Shown piece by piece: positions 8,684 through 21,063 of a stretch of DNA of 64,000 bases. Below the pieces are notes generated by a model. The model did not search any database and had not been told where the DNA came from. It saw nothing but the letters and a program-made list of their open reading frames with translations. The stretch is taken from assembly GCA_965261005.1 (NCBI GenBank), contig OZ253375.1:2080001-2144000 (forward strand), given 5' to 3'. Position 1 is the stretch's first letter. Each line of letters begins with the position of its first letter. The position numbers and the translations under genes are program-made. The DNA is from Deinococcus sp. Lineage in GTDB: Bacteria > Deinococcota > Deinococci > Deinococcales > Deinococcaceae.

Positions 8684-10216
8684 TCATGACGGGACGCCGT
8701 GTTCGTGCTGAAACGCGGCCAGCGCGCGCATCTCCGGCAGCATGGCAGCGCCCAGGCGGCCGAAGATGGGCAGCAGCTCGGTGTAGACGGCGTGCGCCGC
8801 CGCGTCCGGCGTGTGTTGAGCTGAGGCCGCGAAGGGGAGGGCCGCGAGGTTGGGCAGCTCTCCCAGGGCGCGTCGAGCGAGCAGCGCGGCCCCCAGGCAC
8901 GAGGTTTCCGCCGTGCCCGGCACGCTGAGGGGGCCGCCCAGCACGTCGCACAGCATCTGGCGCCACAGCCCGGAGCGCGCGAAGCCCCCCGAGGCGCGAA
9001 AGCTGGGCGCCGCGCCAACAGCCCCCCCCAGCAACTGGAGCGCCGAGGCCAGGTTGAGGCACACCCCCTCCAGCGCGGCCCGCACGAAGTGTTCGCGGCG
9101 GTGCCCCAGCGTGGCGCCCACGAAGGCGCCCCGCGCGTCCGCGCTCCACAGCGGGGCGCGCTCGCCCAGCAGGTAGGGCAGGCACAGCAGCCCCGCCGAG
9201 CCGGCGGGCACGCCCGCGGCCAATTGCAAGACGGCGTCGTAGGGGTCCTGGCCCCGCGCTCGCGCCGCCGCCGCGTCCAGCGGCGCGAAGCGGTCGCGCA
9301 GCCAGCGCAGCACCACGGCGCCGTTGCTCACTGGGGCGCCCGCCACCCACAACCCCTCCGTCAGCACGTAGCAAAAGCTGCGCCCGCCACTGTCCATCCA
9401 GGGACGGGGGAGCGTCACCCGCACCGCGCCGCTGGTGCCCAGCGAGACGGCCACCACGTCCGGGGTCAGCGCGCCCGAGCCGAGGTTGGCGCAGGCGCCG
9501 TCGCCCGCCCCGGCGCAGGCGGGCGTCGTAGGGTCCAGGCCGAGGTCGCGCGCCACCTCAGGGCGCCAATCGGGCAGGCGCTGGGTGGTCGGGACCAGCG
9601 GGGAAAGCTGCCCGGCCTTCACGCGCGCCAACTCCAGCGCCTCCGGGTCCCAATCGCGCGTCCCCAGGTTGTACAGCCCGGTGGCCGAGGCCAGCGACTC
9701 GTCTATGGCCCACGCGCCGAACCAAGCGTGCAGCAGGTACTCCTTGATGGACACGAAGCGCGCCGCCTTCTGCGCGATTTCGGGCCGTTCCTGGTGCAGC
9801 CAGCGCAGCTTGGCAAGCGGGGACATGGCGTACAGCGGGGTGCCGCTGCGCAGCGAGACCGCCAAGCCGTTCTCGCGCAGCCTGATCTGCTCGGCCCAGG
9901 GCGCCGCCCGGCCGTCGGCCCAGGTGAGGACGTGCGTCAGCGGGCGGTCCCGCGCGTCCAGCGGTAAGACGCCGTGCATGGCCCCGCTGAAGCCGAGGGC
10001 CGTGACGCCGCTCGCCCCCACGGCGGCCACCACCTCCCTGAGGGCGTCCCCCGCCGCCCTCACCACCAGTTCCGGGTCCTGCTTGGCCACGCCCGGCTCC
10101 GGCGCCTCCAGCGGGTAGTCGCGCGACGCCTGCGCCACCACCCGGTTCTGCGCGTCAAAGGCGACCACCTTGGTGGCGGTCGTGCCCAAGTCCACGCCGA
10201 CGAAGCAGGAGGGCAC
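8684..10216 (-). CDS. gntK: Gluconokinase (FGGY family)
   Basis: GVDLGTTATK, FSGAMHG, LTWADGRA, GTPLYAMSPL, LGTSGAVR, PYLLGERAPLW motifs. Confidence 0.8.
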   Translation of the reverse strand: MPSCFVGVDLGTTATKVVAFDAQNRVVAQASRDYPLEAPEPGVAKQDPELVVRAAGDALREVVAAVGASGVTALGFSGAMHGVLPLDARDRPLTHVLTWADGRAAPWAEQIRLRENGLAVSLRSGTPLYAMSPLAKLRWLHQERPEIAQKAARFVSIKEYLLHAWFGAWAIDESLASATGLYNLGTRDWDPEALELARVKAGQLSPLVPTTQRLPDWRPEVARDLGLDPTTPACAGAGDGACANLGSGALTPDVVAVSLGTSGAVRVTLPRPWMDSGGRSFCYVLTEGLWVAGAPVSNGAVVLRWLRDRFAPLDAAAARARGQDPYDAVLQLAAGVPAGSAGLLCLPYLLGERAPLWSADARGAFVGATLGHRREHFVRAALEGVCLNLASALQLLGGAVGAAPSFRASGGFARSGLWRQMLCDVLGGPLSVPGTAETSCLGAALLARRALGELPNLAALPFAASAQHTPDAAAHAVYTELLPIFGRLGAAMLPEMRALAAFQHEHGVPS

Positions 10217-10221
10217 GCCGT

Positions 10222-11832
10222 CTAATCCGCCGACACGGGTTCGGGCGCGAGTTGGTAGCCTGCCGCCGTGGCCCGATACGCCTCCGCTTGGGCCAGCGCC
10301 CAGATTGCGCCCTCACCCAGTTCCTCGCCCAGAATTTCGGCGACCCGCAGGGCGACCTGTGCGCTGGCCGCCGCGTTCAGCAGCAGGGCGCGGGTGCGGC
10401 GGGAGAGCACGTCCTCCACCCCGCGCGCCAGTTCGCGCCTGGCGGCCCAGCGCACCTGGGCCTCGCTGTAGGGCAGGTCCGCGTGCAGCAGGCGGTCGGC
10501 CCCCGGCAGCGACGCGACCAGGGACGCGTCGCTGCCGTACACGTCCAGCGGTCCCGCTTCCGGCGTCTCGGTCCAGCCGTGCAAATGTAGGCCCTGGGTG
10601 TGCGACAAGCGCGCCGGCAGGCCGCCCACCTCCTCGGCCTTGTTCACGGCGTCCTCGCCCATGCGGCGGTAGGTGGTCCACTTGCCCCCCGTCAGGGTCA
10701 AGAGGCCGCTTTCCGACACGCGCAGGACGTGGTCGCGCGACAAGGCTTTGGTGGCGGCGCTCGCCCCGGCGTCGCTGGCCTCCCCCTTCACCAAGGGCCG
10801 CAAGCCCACGTACACGCTCAGCACGTCGGCGCGCGTGGGCGCCGGATCGAGGTACTGGGCCGCCGTGCGCAGGATGAAGTCCACCTCCTGTTCTTGGGCG
10901 CGCGGCTCCAAGGTGGCCTGCTCCACCGGCGTGTCGGTGGTGCCGAGGATCACCCGGTCGTGCCAAGGAACGGCGAACAGCACCCGGCCGTCCTCGGTGC
11001 GCGGAATCATCACGGCGCTGTCGCCCGGCAAAAAGCGCTTGTCCACCACCAAATGAACGCCTTGGCTGGGCGAGAGCATGTTTGAAGCGCCGGGGTCGTC
11101 CATGCGGCGCACCTCGTCCACGAAGACGCCCGTCGCGTTGATGACCGCCTTTGCTGGCAGGGCGAAGTCCTCGCCCGTCTCGGCGTCGCGCGCCCGCACG
11201 CCGGTCACCCGCCCGTCTTCCTTGAGCAGGCCGGTCACGGGAAGGGAGTTCAGGGCCAGCCCGCCCACGTCCAGCAGCGTCAGCGCCAGCGTGAGCGCCA
11301 AGCGGGCGTCGTCGAATTGGCCGTCGTGATAGAGAACGGCGCCGCGCAGCCCTTCCTTGCGCAAGGTGGGCGCCCGCTCCAGCGCCGCCTCCCGACCGAG
11401 CTGCTTGCTCGACCCCAGGTTCTGCTTGCCGGCCAGCACGTCGTACATCTTGAGGCCCAGGCCGTAATACGGCCCCGCCCACCAGTCGTAGGCGGGCACC
11501 ACGAAGCCGAGGTCGTGAACCAGGTGTGGCGCGTTTTTGCGCAGCAAGCCGCGCTCGTGCAGCGCCTCGCGCACCAGGCCGACGTTGCCCTGCGCCAGGT
11601 AGCGCACGCCGCCGTGAACCAGCTTGGTGGAGCGGCTCGACGTCCCCTTGGCAAAGTCGCTCGCCTCCAGCAGCAAAGTCGTGTGGCCGCGCGAGGCCGC
11701 CTCGACCGCCGCGCCCAGGCCGGAGGCGCCGCCGCCGATCACCAGCACATCCCACACGTCCTGAGCGCGCAACCGGGCCAGCAGCGAGGCGCGGTCGTAG
11801 GCCGGGGCGGCTTGAGTTGAGAAATCGGTCAT
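10222..11832 (-). CDS. glpD: FAD-dependent glycerol-3-phosphate dehydrogenase
   Basis: VIGGGASG, DFAKGTSSRSTKLVHGGVRYL, GGKWTTYR; start may instead be 11892 (TAATG overlap with glpK). Confidence 0.92.
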   Translation of the reverse strand: MTDFSTQAAPAYDRASLLARLRAQDVWDVLVIGGGASGLGAAVEAASRGHTTLLLEASDFAKGTSSRSTKLVHGGVRYLAQGNVGLVREALHERGLLRKNAPHLVHDLGFVVPAYDWWAGPYYGLGLKMYDVLAGKQNLGSSKQLGREAALERAPTLRKEGLRGAVLYHDGQFDDARLALTLALTLLDVGGLALNSLPVTGLLKEDGRVTGVRARDAETGEDFALPAKAVINATGVFVDEVRRMDDPGASNMLSPSQGVHLVVDKRFLPGDSAVMIPRTEDGRVLFAVPWHDRVILGTTDTPVEQATLEPRAQEQEVDFILRTAAQYLDPAPTRADVLSVYVGLRPLVKGEASDAGASAATKALSRDHVLRVSESGLLTLTGGKWTTYRRMGEDAVNKAEEVGGLPARLSHTQGLHLHGWTETPEAGPLDVYGSDASLVASLPGADRLLHADLPYSEAQVRWAARRELARGVEDVLSRRTRALLLNAAASAQVALRVAEILGEELGEGAIWALAQAEAYRATAAGYQLAPEPVSAD

Positions 11833-11891
11833 ATCCTCATTCTCACCCGCGCTTCCTGCCGTCATGCCCGCGCGGCTCACCAATTCGTTCA

Positions 11892-13382
<1,491 letters not shown>

Positions 13383-13407
13383 GCGGGCCTCCTTTAAGTT
13401 TGGCGGG

Positions 13408-13722
13408 TCAACGCTTTTGATAAGCCGAATCGTGGTCCGCATGAATGGACAGAATTCGCAGCAAATTGCCCTCACGCCACGCCAGCAGCCGTATCTTCTG
13501 CGAGGCGCGCAACGAGTACAGCGGCTGACCTCGCGGTCCAGCCAGCGAGCTGATCCGCTCCCATCGAAAACCGCTTGAGCGGTAGAGGGCACTCCGCTCC
13601 AACTTGACAAGCTTTTCTAACGCATCAACCACCGTATTACGCTCGTCTTTGGTCAAGGCAAACAAGGCTCGTTGAAAGCCCGGATTATTGAGGTCGAGTT
13701 CGATGGTGGTGATGGTTGACAT
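13408..13722 (-). CDS. Putative RelE/ParE-like toxin
   Basis: 104 aa, basic; FQRALFAL...[13 protein letters not shown]...ILSIHADHD pattern resembles the RelE fold; directly downstream of a small acidic gene. Confidence 0.6.
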   Translation of the reverse strand: MSTITTIELDLNNPGFQRALFALTKDERNTVVDALEKLVKLERSALYRSSGFRWERISSLAGPRGQPLYSLRASQKIRLLAWREGNLLRILSIHADHDSAYQKR

Positions 13723-13729
13723 CCAACAG

Positions 13730-13984
13730 CTAGGCGTCGCGCAGACGCTCCAAGTCCTCAACGGCCGTCTTCTCGACAGGATGTTCGTTTGCCCAGGCCA
13801 TCGCCTCGTCGAGCTTGGCACGGACTTCCGGTGAGTGCAGCCACAACTCGTTGTCCGGGATAACGGTCGCCGTGCGAATCACCCACACGCCCGGCTCCGG
13901 CTGCTCTACCAGCACGCTACGGCCAGCATACTCGCGCCCCAGGTACAGTTGCCCGCTGGCGCCAATCGCCTTCACGTCCTTCAT
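13730..13984 (-). CDS. Putative AbrB-like antitoxin
   Basis: 84 aa; VKAIGASGQLYLG swapped-hairpin-like N-terminus and acidic helical C-terminus; TAACGT 6 nt before ATG. Confidence 0.6.
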   Translation of the reverse strand: MKDVKAIGASGQLYLGREYAGRSVLVEQPEPGVWVIRTATVIPDNELWLHSPEVRAKLDEAMAWANEHPVEKTAVEDLERLRDA

Positions 13985-14015
13985 GGTTGCACGTTAGCAC
14001 AAATGCACAACAATT

Positions 14016-14483
14016 TCAGCGCACGAACGGCCGCGCCTCACCGCTCAGCGCGTCGGTTAGCGGCTGACGGTCGCTGGGGTGTAGTTCGGGCAGTTCACCG
14101 GGCGCGAAAAAGCGTAGCTCCAGCGTCTCACCGTCCCGTTCGCCCACTTCCCGCCCCAAGCGGCCCTCGAAGATCACGTTCACGAACTCGGCCCGGTCGC
14201 CATTGGGATAGGTCGTGCGGGTGAGGTCCGGCGCGGAGTAAATGCCCAGCAGGCCGGTCAGCTCCACCTCATGGCCCGACTCCTCGCGCGCCTCGCGCCG
14301 GGCGGCTTCCCGCACGCTCTCGCCGGGGGAGACCCAGCCGCCCAGAATGCCCCACAACCCGTTGTCGGCGCGCAGACCCAGCAGCACGCGGCCCAGTTCG
14401 TCGCGCACCACCACGCCCGCGCCGGGGGCCTTGATGGGGTCGGTGCCGATTTTGGAGCGCAGCCAACGGATGTACGGGTCCAT
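14016..14483 (-). CDS. NUDIX hydrolase
   Basis: GGWVSPGESVREAARREAREESG Nudix box; TYPNGD. Confidence 0.9.
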   Translation of the reverse strand: MDPYIRWLRSKIGTDPIKAPGAGVVVRDELGRVLLGLRADNGLWGILGGWVSPGESVREAARREAREESGHEVELTGLLGIYSAPDLTRTTYPNGDRAEFVNVIFEGRLGREVGERDGETLELRFFAPGELPELHPSDRQPLTDALSGEARPFVR

Positions 14484-14504
14484 AGAGGGATTGTGCCCCA
14501 AAAG

Positions 14505-14534
14505 AGAAGGACGACGGCATGCCGTCGCCCTTCT
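14505..14534. terminator. Probable terminator hairpin
   Basis: AGAAGGACGACGGC-AT-GCCGTCGCCCTTCT inverted repeat flanked by A runs. Confidence 0.6.
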
Positions 14535-14551
14535 GAAAAGCTGGTTTGGAA

Positions 14552-15532
14552 TTAAGGGGCGGTGACCGGGGCCGCAACGCTCTTGACGATCAAGTAGTTG
14601 ATCTTGGTCAGAACGCTGCTGCCAGAGTCCACCGTCAGCCTGCCGTCGGTGACCGCTACGGTCACCGTCTTCTCCTGGAAGGGACTCTGCGCGCTGGGTG
14701 TGAAGTTGGCAATTGCCGAGGTACCCTCCACGTTGATCGTCTGGGCAAGGCTCGTCTGGGTCGTATCGGCGTCCCCCACGCTCACGGTCACGTCGTAGCT
14801 GCCGCTGGGCACCGCGTATTCAAAGGCGCCGGCCACCGTCTGAGGCGTTCCGTTGGCCTCACCGCAGTGGTTCGGGTCGGCTGGGGGCGGGCATTGCGTG
14901 ATGATAAAGGTCTGCTGCCTGGCCGGGTAAGTCGCGCCCGTGGTCGTCTTGCTCCGGTCGCGGGCATTGGTTGAAAAGTCGAGCGGTGTGGAGGTGCCCG
15001 CCTTGACCCAGCCGAACTTGTCCGTGTCGTTGTAGGGCGTGCCGGTGGAGGCAGTGTAACCGTCTGGCAGCGCTACAGAGGTTATGGCCGGACGGAAGCT
15101 GAACTGCTTGTCAGACCCGGGGTTCGGTGCCGGAGTCACCACGGCCGCCGCGACGGTCAAAGTGGCCGTACCCGACTTGGTCTTGTCAACGGTCGAGGTC
15201 GCAACGACGGTGGCCTTGTCGCCCTCTTGGGCAGTAGGCGCGACGGTCACCTTGCCGTTCTGGTCCACGGTGGCAACCGGAGCTGTCCCAGTGGGTGTGC
15301 TGACAGACCAAGTCACGGTCTTAACGGGATTGTTGTTGCCCGTCACGGTGGCGTTCGCCTGCGACGTGCCGCCTACCGGCGCGGAAGTCGGATTCAGGGA
15401 TACGGTTACGCTGGTCACCGTCGGGCTTGTGACCGGGGTTGGGGCTTTGTTTCCCCCGCAGGCCACCAGGCCCAGGCTGAGCGAGAAAGTCAGGCCGGCA
15501 TACACCGGGGCGCGCTTAAACCATGTCTGCAT
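14552..15532 (-). CDS. Lipoprotein with Ig-like domain and carbohydrate-binding-like C-terminal domain
   Basis: Lipobox LVAC; KTVTWSV...ATVDQNGKVTV...ATSTVDKTKSGTATLTV Ig-like; FEYAVPSGSYDVTVSVGD...VTDGRLTV beta-sandwich. Confidence 0.75.
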   Translation of the reverse strand: MQTWFKRAPVYAGLTFSLSLGLVACGGNKAPTPVTSPTVTSVTVSLNPTSAPVGGTSQANATVTGNNNPVKTVTWSVSTPTGTAPVATVDQNGKVTVAPTAQEGDKATVVATSTVDKTKSGTATLTVAAAVVTPAPNPGSDKQFSFRPAITSVALPDGYTASTGTPYNDTDKFGWVKAGTSTPLDFSTNARDRSKTTTGATYPARQQTFIITQCPPPADPNHCGEANGTPQTVAGAFEYAVPSGSYDVTVSVGDADTTQTSLAQTINVEGTSAIANFTPSAQSPFQEKTVTVAVTDGRLTVDSGSSVLTKINYLIVKSVAAPVTAP

Positions 15533-15694
15533 AGCGTTCTCCTTGGGAAATGGAATGCACAAAACGGAATTCTTTGCTGCGGCCTCACTATAGCCGGCCG
15601 GGCGCGGCGCCGTTTGTAAGGGGCGTTTAGGAAAACTTAGAAAAAATAAAAGACTTCAGTCAGCTTTGCCCCATCTCACATTCAAGCGCTGGAT

Positions 15695-17095
15695 TTAGGC
15701 GCTGGGCCGGGTCATGTCGAGCGGTACCACCAAGCGGTCGAACTCCTCGGCGCTCAGAACACCCAGCGCGAGGGCGGCCTCCTTCAGGGTGGTGCCCTCC
15801 TGGTGGGCTTTTTTGGCGATCTGGGCGGCCTTGTCGTAGCCGATGTGGGGGTTGAGGGCGGTCACCTGCATCAGGTTCTGGCCGAGGTTTTCCTGAATTC
15901 TGGGCAAGTTCGGCTCGATGCCGACGGCGCAATTGTCGTTGAAGGTGGCGCAGGCGTCCCCCAACAGCTGAACGCTCTCCAAGACGTTGTGGACCATGAC
16001 CGGCTTGTAGACGTTCAGCTGAAAGTTCCCTTGAGAGCCGGCAAAGGCGACGGCGGCGTCGTTGCCGTAGACCTGCACGCACACCATGGTCAGGGCCTCG
16101 CTTTGGGTGGGGTTGACCTTGCCGGGCATAATCGAGCTGCCCGGCTCGTTTTCGGGAATTTGGACCTCGCCGATGCCGTTTCTGGGGCCGCTCGCCAGCC
16201 AGCGCACGTCGTTCGCCATCTTCATCAGGGCGCCGGCCAGGGTGCGCAGCGCCGCCGAGGTCTGTACCAAGGCGTCGTGGGCCGAGAGGGCGGCGAACTT
16301 ATTGGCGGCACTTTTGAAGGGAAAGCCGGTTTCCTCGGCGAACTTCTGGGCCGCGAGGTCGCCGAAACGCGGGTGGGCGTTCAGGCCGGTGCCGACCGCC
16401 GTGCCGCCGATGGCGAGGTCATACAGCCCCCCCTCGGCGTGGCGCACCTCCTCTAAGCAGTAGTCGAGCTGCGCCACCCAGCCGCCGATCTCCTGGCCGA
16501 GCGTGATGGGCGTGGCGTCCTGCAAGTGGGTGCGCCCGACCTTGACCACGTCCGCGAATTCGTCCGCCTTGCCGGCCAGCGTGTCCCTCAGTTGGCCCAC
16601 CTTGGGATACAGCTGCTCATGGAGCTGCTGCACCACCGCCATGTGCATGGCGGTGGGAAAGGTGTCGTTGCTGCTTTGCCCGCGGTTGACGTGGTCGTTG
16701 GGGTGGACGGGCGTCTTGCTGCCCAGTTCGCCCCCGGCGAGCTGAATGGCGCGGTTGGAGATGACCTCGTTGGCGTTCATGTTGCTTTGGGTGCCGCTGC
16801 CGGTCTGGAACACCACCAGGGGAAACTGGTCGTCGAGCCGGCCGGTGATCACCTCGTCGGCGGCGCGCACGATCAGATCGGCGAGGTCCTGCGGCAACTC
16901 GCCCAGCTCGGCGTTGGCCTGCGCGGCGCCCTTCTTGAGGACGCCGAGGGCGCGGATGACCGGGCGCGTGAAACGGAAGCGCTCCACGCCGATGGGAAAG
17001 TTCTCCGTGGAGCGCTGGGTCTGCGCGCCCCACAGCTTGTCGGCCGGCACCTGAACCCGGCCCATGCTGTCGCTTTCGCTGCGGAAGTCAGGCAT
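15695..17095 (-). CDS. fumC: Class II fumarate hydratase
   Basis: [44 protein letters not shown] 6 nt before ATG. Confidence 0.97.
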   Translation of the reverse strand: MPDFRSESDSMGRVQVPADKLWGAQTQRSTENFPIGVERFRFTRPVIRALGVLKKGAAQANAELGELPQDLADLIVRAADEVITGRLDDQFPLVVFQTGSGTQSNMNANEVISNRAIQLAGGELGSKTPVHPNDHVNRGQSSNDTFPTAMHMAVVQQLHEQLYPKVGQLRDTLAGKADEFADVVKVGRTHLQDATPITLGQEIGGWVAQLDYCLEEVRHAEGGLYDLAIGGTAVGTGLNAHPRFGDLAAQKFAEETGFPFKSAANKFAALSAHDALVQTSAALRTLAGALMKMANDVRWLASGPRNGIGEVQIPENEPGSSIMPGKVNPTQSEALTMVCVQVYGNDAAVAFAGSQGNFQLNVYKPVMVHNVLESVQLLGDACATFNDNCAVGIEPNLPRIQENLGQNLMQVTALNPHIGYDKAAQIAKKAHQEGTTLKEAALALGVLSAEEFDRLVVPLDMTRPSA

Positions 17096-17200
17096 ACGCC
17101 GACTATAGAGTCAGGCCCTCAACCCGAAAGCGCTCCCCACCGGGCACATTCGGCCCCAAAACAGACTGCTGAATCTACAATGAGATTTTGAGGAGATTTT

Positions 17201-18736
17201 ATGCGCCATTCTTTAAGATTCTCGCTGCTTCTGATCGTCCTGACCGCCTGCGGCGCGGTCCCGCCCGCAGTGCAGAACAAGGTCGAGGCGCGGCCGGCCC
17301 TCGGCACGCCGGGCACGCCGGCGGTCGCGCTCAGCTTCAGCGCCGTGGTGCAACTGCCCGGCCGCGACCCCACGGTGTTCGAGGTGCGGGGCGGGCGCAG
17401 CTTGCCGGTCTACTTCGACGCGCACGCGAGGGACGCGGCGGGCGGCGACGTTCCCGACGACGCCTGGGCCAGCCCGGCCATCTGTCCGAATCCGGTGGTC
17501 GGCGTCGAGGAGATCGGCGACGTGCAGATTGGCGGTGGGCAGATCGGCGTCGGGGAGCAGCGTCCGCACCGCTACCGCGTTCAGGTGCTCGCCCCCGGAA
17601 CCCACGCCGTCAAATTTGCCCCGGCGGGCGACTGCGCCGCCCCCGGCCCAACCCTGAGCGTGACCGGGGTGGCGCCCGAGCGGCGGGTCAGCGTGGCGGC
17701 TGGCCACGACCATAGCTTGGCGCTCAGGGCGGACGGCACGGTTTGGGCTTGGGGGGCCAACGCCCTCGGTCAGCTGGGCGACGGCGGCAACGCCGCGCGG
17801 CCGCTGCCCGCCGCCATCAAGGGCGTGACGGACGCGCTGGCGATCTCGGCCGGCGGCGAGTACAGCTTGGCCTTGGGGGCGGACGGTACGGTGCTGGGGT
17901 GGGGCTACAACGGCTACGCGCGGCAGCTCGACCCGGCCTACCAGGGCGTCACGCGGCCGGCGACCGTCGAGGGCCTCTCGGACGTGGTCGCCGTTTCGGT
18001 GGGTGGGTACCACAGCCTTGCGCTCAGGGCAGACGGCACGGTTCTCGCTTGGGGCGCCAACACCTACGGCCAACTCGGCAGCGGCGCCGCCCCCAGCACC
18101 GACGCTCCCGTGCCCGCCCTCGTGACCGGCCTGACCGACGTGGTGGCGGTGGCGGCCGGTGGCCTGCACAGCTTGGCCCTGCGGGCGGACGGCTCGGTCT
18201 GGGCCTGGGGCAACAACTACGACGGCCAGTTGGGCGACGGCACGCGCGAGGAGCGCGACCGCCCCGGCCCCGTGAAGGGTTTGAAGGGCGCCGTGGCGAT
18301 CTCGGCCGGTTTGTACCACAGCCTCGCGCTCAGGGCGGACGGCGGCGTGGTGGGCTGGGGCGCCAACTTGTCCGGCCAACTGAGCGCGGACGCGCCGGAC
18401 ACGGGCGTGAGCGTGCCCACCGGCGTGAAAGGCTTGGCACAGGCCGTGGCGATTTCGGCCGGCAGCCTGCACAGCTTGGCCCTGCTGAGGGGCGGCGCGG
18501 TGTGGGCCTGGGGCAAGGGCGACGCCGGGCAATTGGGACGCGGTGGGGACAACTCGTCCGCCCCCGGGGCCGTCGCCGGCTTGTCGGCCACCGCGCTGGT
18601 CGCCGGCGGCAACCACAACCTCGCCTTGGGAGCGGACGGCGCGGTCTGGGCTTGGGGCGCGGGCGACGCCGGACAGCTGGGCGACGGCACGACCCAGGAC
18701 AGCGCCACGCCCGTGCAAGTTCAGCTCAAGCCGTAA
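17201..18736 (+). CDS. RCC1/BLIP-II repeat beta-propeller lipoprotein
   Basis: Lipobox LTAC; seven repeats of AGxxHSLALRADGxVWAWGxNxxGQLG. Confidence 0.9.
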   Translation: MRHSLRFSLLLIVLTACGAVPPAVQNKVEARPALGTPGTPAVALSFSAVVQLPGRDPTVFEVRGGRSLPVYFDAHARDAAGGDVPDDAWASPAICPNPVVGVEEIGDVQIGGGQIGVGEQRPHRYRVQVLAPGTHAVKFAPAGDCAAPGPTLSVTGVAPERRVSVAAGHDHSLALRADGTVWAWGANALGQLGDGGNAARPLPAAIKGVTDALAISAGGEYSLALGADGTVLGWGYNGYARQLDPAYQGVTRPATVEGLSDVVAVSVGGYHSLALRADGTVLAWGANTYGQLGSGAAPSTDAPVPALVTGLTDVVAVAAGGLHSLALRADGSVWAWGNNYDGQLGDGTREERDRPGPVKGLKGAVAISAGLYHSLALRADGGVVGWGANLSGQLSADAPDTGVSVPTGVKGLAQAVAISAGSLHSLALLRGGAVWAWGKGDAGQLGRGGDNSSAPGAVAGLSATALVAGGNHNLALGADGAVWAWGAGDAGQLGDGTTQDSATPVQVQLKP

Positions 18737-18782
18737 CCCGCGCCTCACGGTCTCTTCCGGCCCGCGGTGCTAGCCTTCCCTT

Positions 18783-19781
18783 ATGTTGTACGACCTCGCC
18801 ATCGTCGGCGGCGGCCCGGTGGGCCTGGCCGCCGCCATCGCGGCCAAGCGCGCGAACCTCATCTACGTCGTTTTTGAAAAGGGCTGCGTGGTGAACGCCA
18901 TCTTCGACTACCCCACCTACATGACCTTTTTCACCACCGCGCCCGAGCTGGAAATCGGCGATCATCCCCTGGTCAGCCCGCGCGAAAAGCCCGACCGCAA
19001 GGAGGCGCTGATGTACTACCGCCTGGTCGCGCAGCGCGAGGCCCTCAACATCGAGCAGTACACCGAGGTGCTGAGGGTTGGGCGCGGCCCAAGCGGCTTC
19101 ACGCTGGAGGTGAACCGCAAGGACGGCGGAGACGATACCGTCGAGGCGCGGCGCGTGGTGGTGGCGACCGGTTACTTCGACAATCCCTTGCCGCTGAATA
19201 TCCCCGGCGAGGCGCGCGACAACGTCAGCCACTACTACACCGAGGCGCACCCCTTTTGGAACCTCAACGTCACCGTGATCGGCGCGGGCAACAGCGCCGC
19301 CGACGCCGCCCTGGACTTGTGGCGCGGCGGGGCGCGGGTCAGCATGGTCGTGCGGGCGCCGCACATCAAGACCACCGTGAAGTACTGGGTCAAGCCCGAC
19401 TTGGAGAACCGGATCAAGGAGGGCAGCGTCGCCGCACACTTCGAGAGCCAGGTGGTGGAGATCGCGGAGGAGTACGTCGTGGTGGAGAACAAGGACGGCG
19501 AGCGGTGGCAGCTGCCCACCGACTTCACCTTCGCCCTGACCGGCTACCGCCCCAACCTGAGCTTTCTCGCGGACCTGGGTCTCGCCGAGCACACCGACGG
19601 CTGCTTGGTGCTGGGCGACACCTTCGAGAGCAGCGTGCCGGGCCTGTACGTGGTGGGGTCGGCCGGCTTTGCGGGACGGACCAACCAAGTCTTTATCGAG
19701 AACGGGCGCGAGCACGCCCTGGGGGCGGTGGCCGACATCGCGGGGCAGCTGCGGGAGACGGCGCCTCAGGTTCTGACGTAA
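18783..19781 (+). CDS. ypdA: YpdA-family putative bacillithiol disulfide reductase
   Basis: [64 protein letters not shown] motifs. Confidence 0.9.
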   Translation: MLYDLAIVGGGPVGLAAAIAAKRANLIYVVFEKGCVVNAIFDYPTYMTFFTTAPELEIGDHPLVSPREKPDRKEALMYYRLVAQREALNIEQYTEVLRVGRGPSGFTLEVNRKDGGDDTVEARRVVVATGYFDNPLPLNIPGEARDNVSHYYTEAHPFWNLNVTVIGAGNSAADAALDLWRGGARVSMVVRAPHIKTTVKYWVKPDLENRIKEGSVAAHFESQVVEIAEEYVVVENKDGERWQLPTDFTFALTGYRPNLSFLADLGLAEHTDGCLVLGDTFESSVPGLYVVGSAGFAGRTNQVFIENGREHALGAVADIAGQLRETAPQVLT

Positions 19782-20926
19782 GGATCGTAGAGCTTGCGGT
19801 ACTCCTCCATCGCGTAGCGGTCGGTCATGCCGGCCAGGTAGTCGCACACCGCGCGCTCCAAGCCGAACTGCTTTTCGCGCTCCCGGACGCTGGGCGGCAG
19901 CATGGCGGGCCGCTTCAGGTAGGCCCCGAACAAGGTGGTCAGGAAGTGGTCGGCCTTGTGAACCTGCCGGACCACCCGGTAGTTGCTGTACAGGCAGGTG
20001 AACAAAAAGTGCTTGAGGTCGGTGAGCAGGTCGTGCACTTCCCCGGTGTGGCCGATCAGGGGCGCCCCGTGGCGACGCACCTCGGCCAGGGACGTGATCC
20101 CCGCCGCCCCGATGCGGCGGTTGCTCTCGGAAATCAGGTCGCCGATCATCCAGCCCAGCAGTTCGCGGATCAGGACGCGCCGCTCGCGCTCCGTGATGTG
20201 GATGGCGTCAAACCCGAGCTGGTCGGTCAGTCGGTCCCACACCGCCAGGCCCACGAGGTCGCGCGGCGTGATCAGGCCGCTGCGCAAACCGTCGTCGAGG
20301 TCGTGGGCGTTGTAGGCCGTCTCGTCGGCGACGTTGGCGATCTGCGCCTCCAAGCTGGGGCGCCAGGTCGGCTCGTACTCGGGCATGTCCTGGGTCTCGG
20401 GGGAGTCGTAAATGGTCTCGTGCTTGACGATGCCCTCCAGCGTCTCCCAAGTGAGGTTCAGGCCCTGAAACCCCTCGTAGCGCTCCTCCAGCCGGGTCAC
20501 GATGCGCAAACTCTGGCGGTTGTGCTCGAAGCCGCCGTGCCCTGCCATCAGGCCGTTCAGGATGCGCTCGCCCGCGTGCCCGAAGGGGGGATGCCCGAGG
20601 TCGTGCGCGAGGGCGATGGTCTCCGACAAGGTCTCGTTGAGGCCCAGCGCCACCGCCAGCGAGCGCGCCACCTGTGCCACCTCCAGCGTGTGGGTCAGGC
20701 GGGTGCGGTAATAATCCCCCTCGTAGTTCACGAACACCTGGGTCTTGTACTCCAGGCGGCGAAAGGCGGTGGTGTGCAGCACCCGGTCGCGGTCCTTTTG
20801 GTAGGGGGTGCGCCAGGTGCTCTCGGCCTCCCCATAGCGCCGCCCGCGCGACCCGTCCGAGAAGGTCGCGTAGGGGGCGAGGTCGGCGCGCTCGCGGGCC
20901 ATCAGCATCTCGCGGGAAAAGAGCAT
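19766..20926 (-). CDS. dgt: Deoxyguanosinetriphosphate triphosphohydrolase (HD family)
   Basis: [51 protein letters not shown] 6 nt before ATG. Confidence 0.93.
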   Translation of the reverse strand: MLFSREMLMARERADLAPYATFSDGSRGRRYGEAESTWRTPYQKDRDRVLHTTAFRRLEYKTQVFVNYEGDYYRTRLTHTLEVAQVARSLAVALGLNETLSETIALAHDLGHPPFGHAGERILNGLMAGHGGFEHNRQSLRIVTRLEERYEGFQGLNLTWETLEGIVKHETIYDSPETQDMPEYEPTWRPSLEAQIANVADETAYNAHDLDDGLRSGLITPRDLVGLAVWDRLTDQLGFDAIHITERERRVLIRELLGWMIGDLISESNRRIGAAGITSLAEVRRHGAPLIGHTGEVHDLLTDLKHFLFTCLYSNYRVVRQVHKADHFLTTLFGAYLKRPAMLPPSVREREKQFGLERAVCDYLAGMTDRYAMEEYRKLYDPYVRT

Positions 20927-20946
20927 GAAGGCAGCTTAAAGCAGTT

Positions 20947-21063
20947 GCCGGAAGGATTGAGCGCCTTTCAATCCTTCCCGAGTGGAACGAGCAGCAATAG
21001 GAGAGCGTTCGGGCGTGGAGTGGAGCGGGCGAAGCCGCGTAGCGGAACGGACAAACGCTCTCA
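20947..21063 (-). repeat. Small intergenic repeat, divergent copy C
   Basis: GGAAGGATTGA/TCAATCCTTCC hairpin, then CGAGTGGAACGAGCAG (reverse of the shared core), then a GAGAGCGTT...AACGCTCTC-closed stem. Confidence 0.6.

Noticed and set aside
17213..18748. 511-aa antisense ORF mirroring the RCC1 gene, and similar long shadow ORFs (e.g. 11526-13397, 19256-21109, 56012-57850)
   Set aside because: Expected by-product of high GC3 codon bias on the opposite strand; no motifs or credible translation signals.
19766..20926. dGTPase as an anti-phage defence gene
   Set aside because: Short housekeeping-type dgt with backbone codon usage and no defence neighbours.
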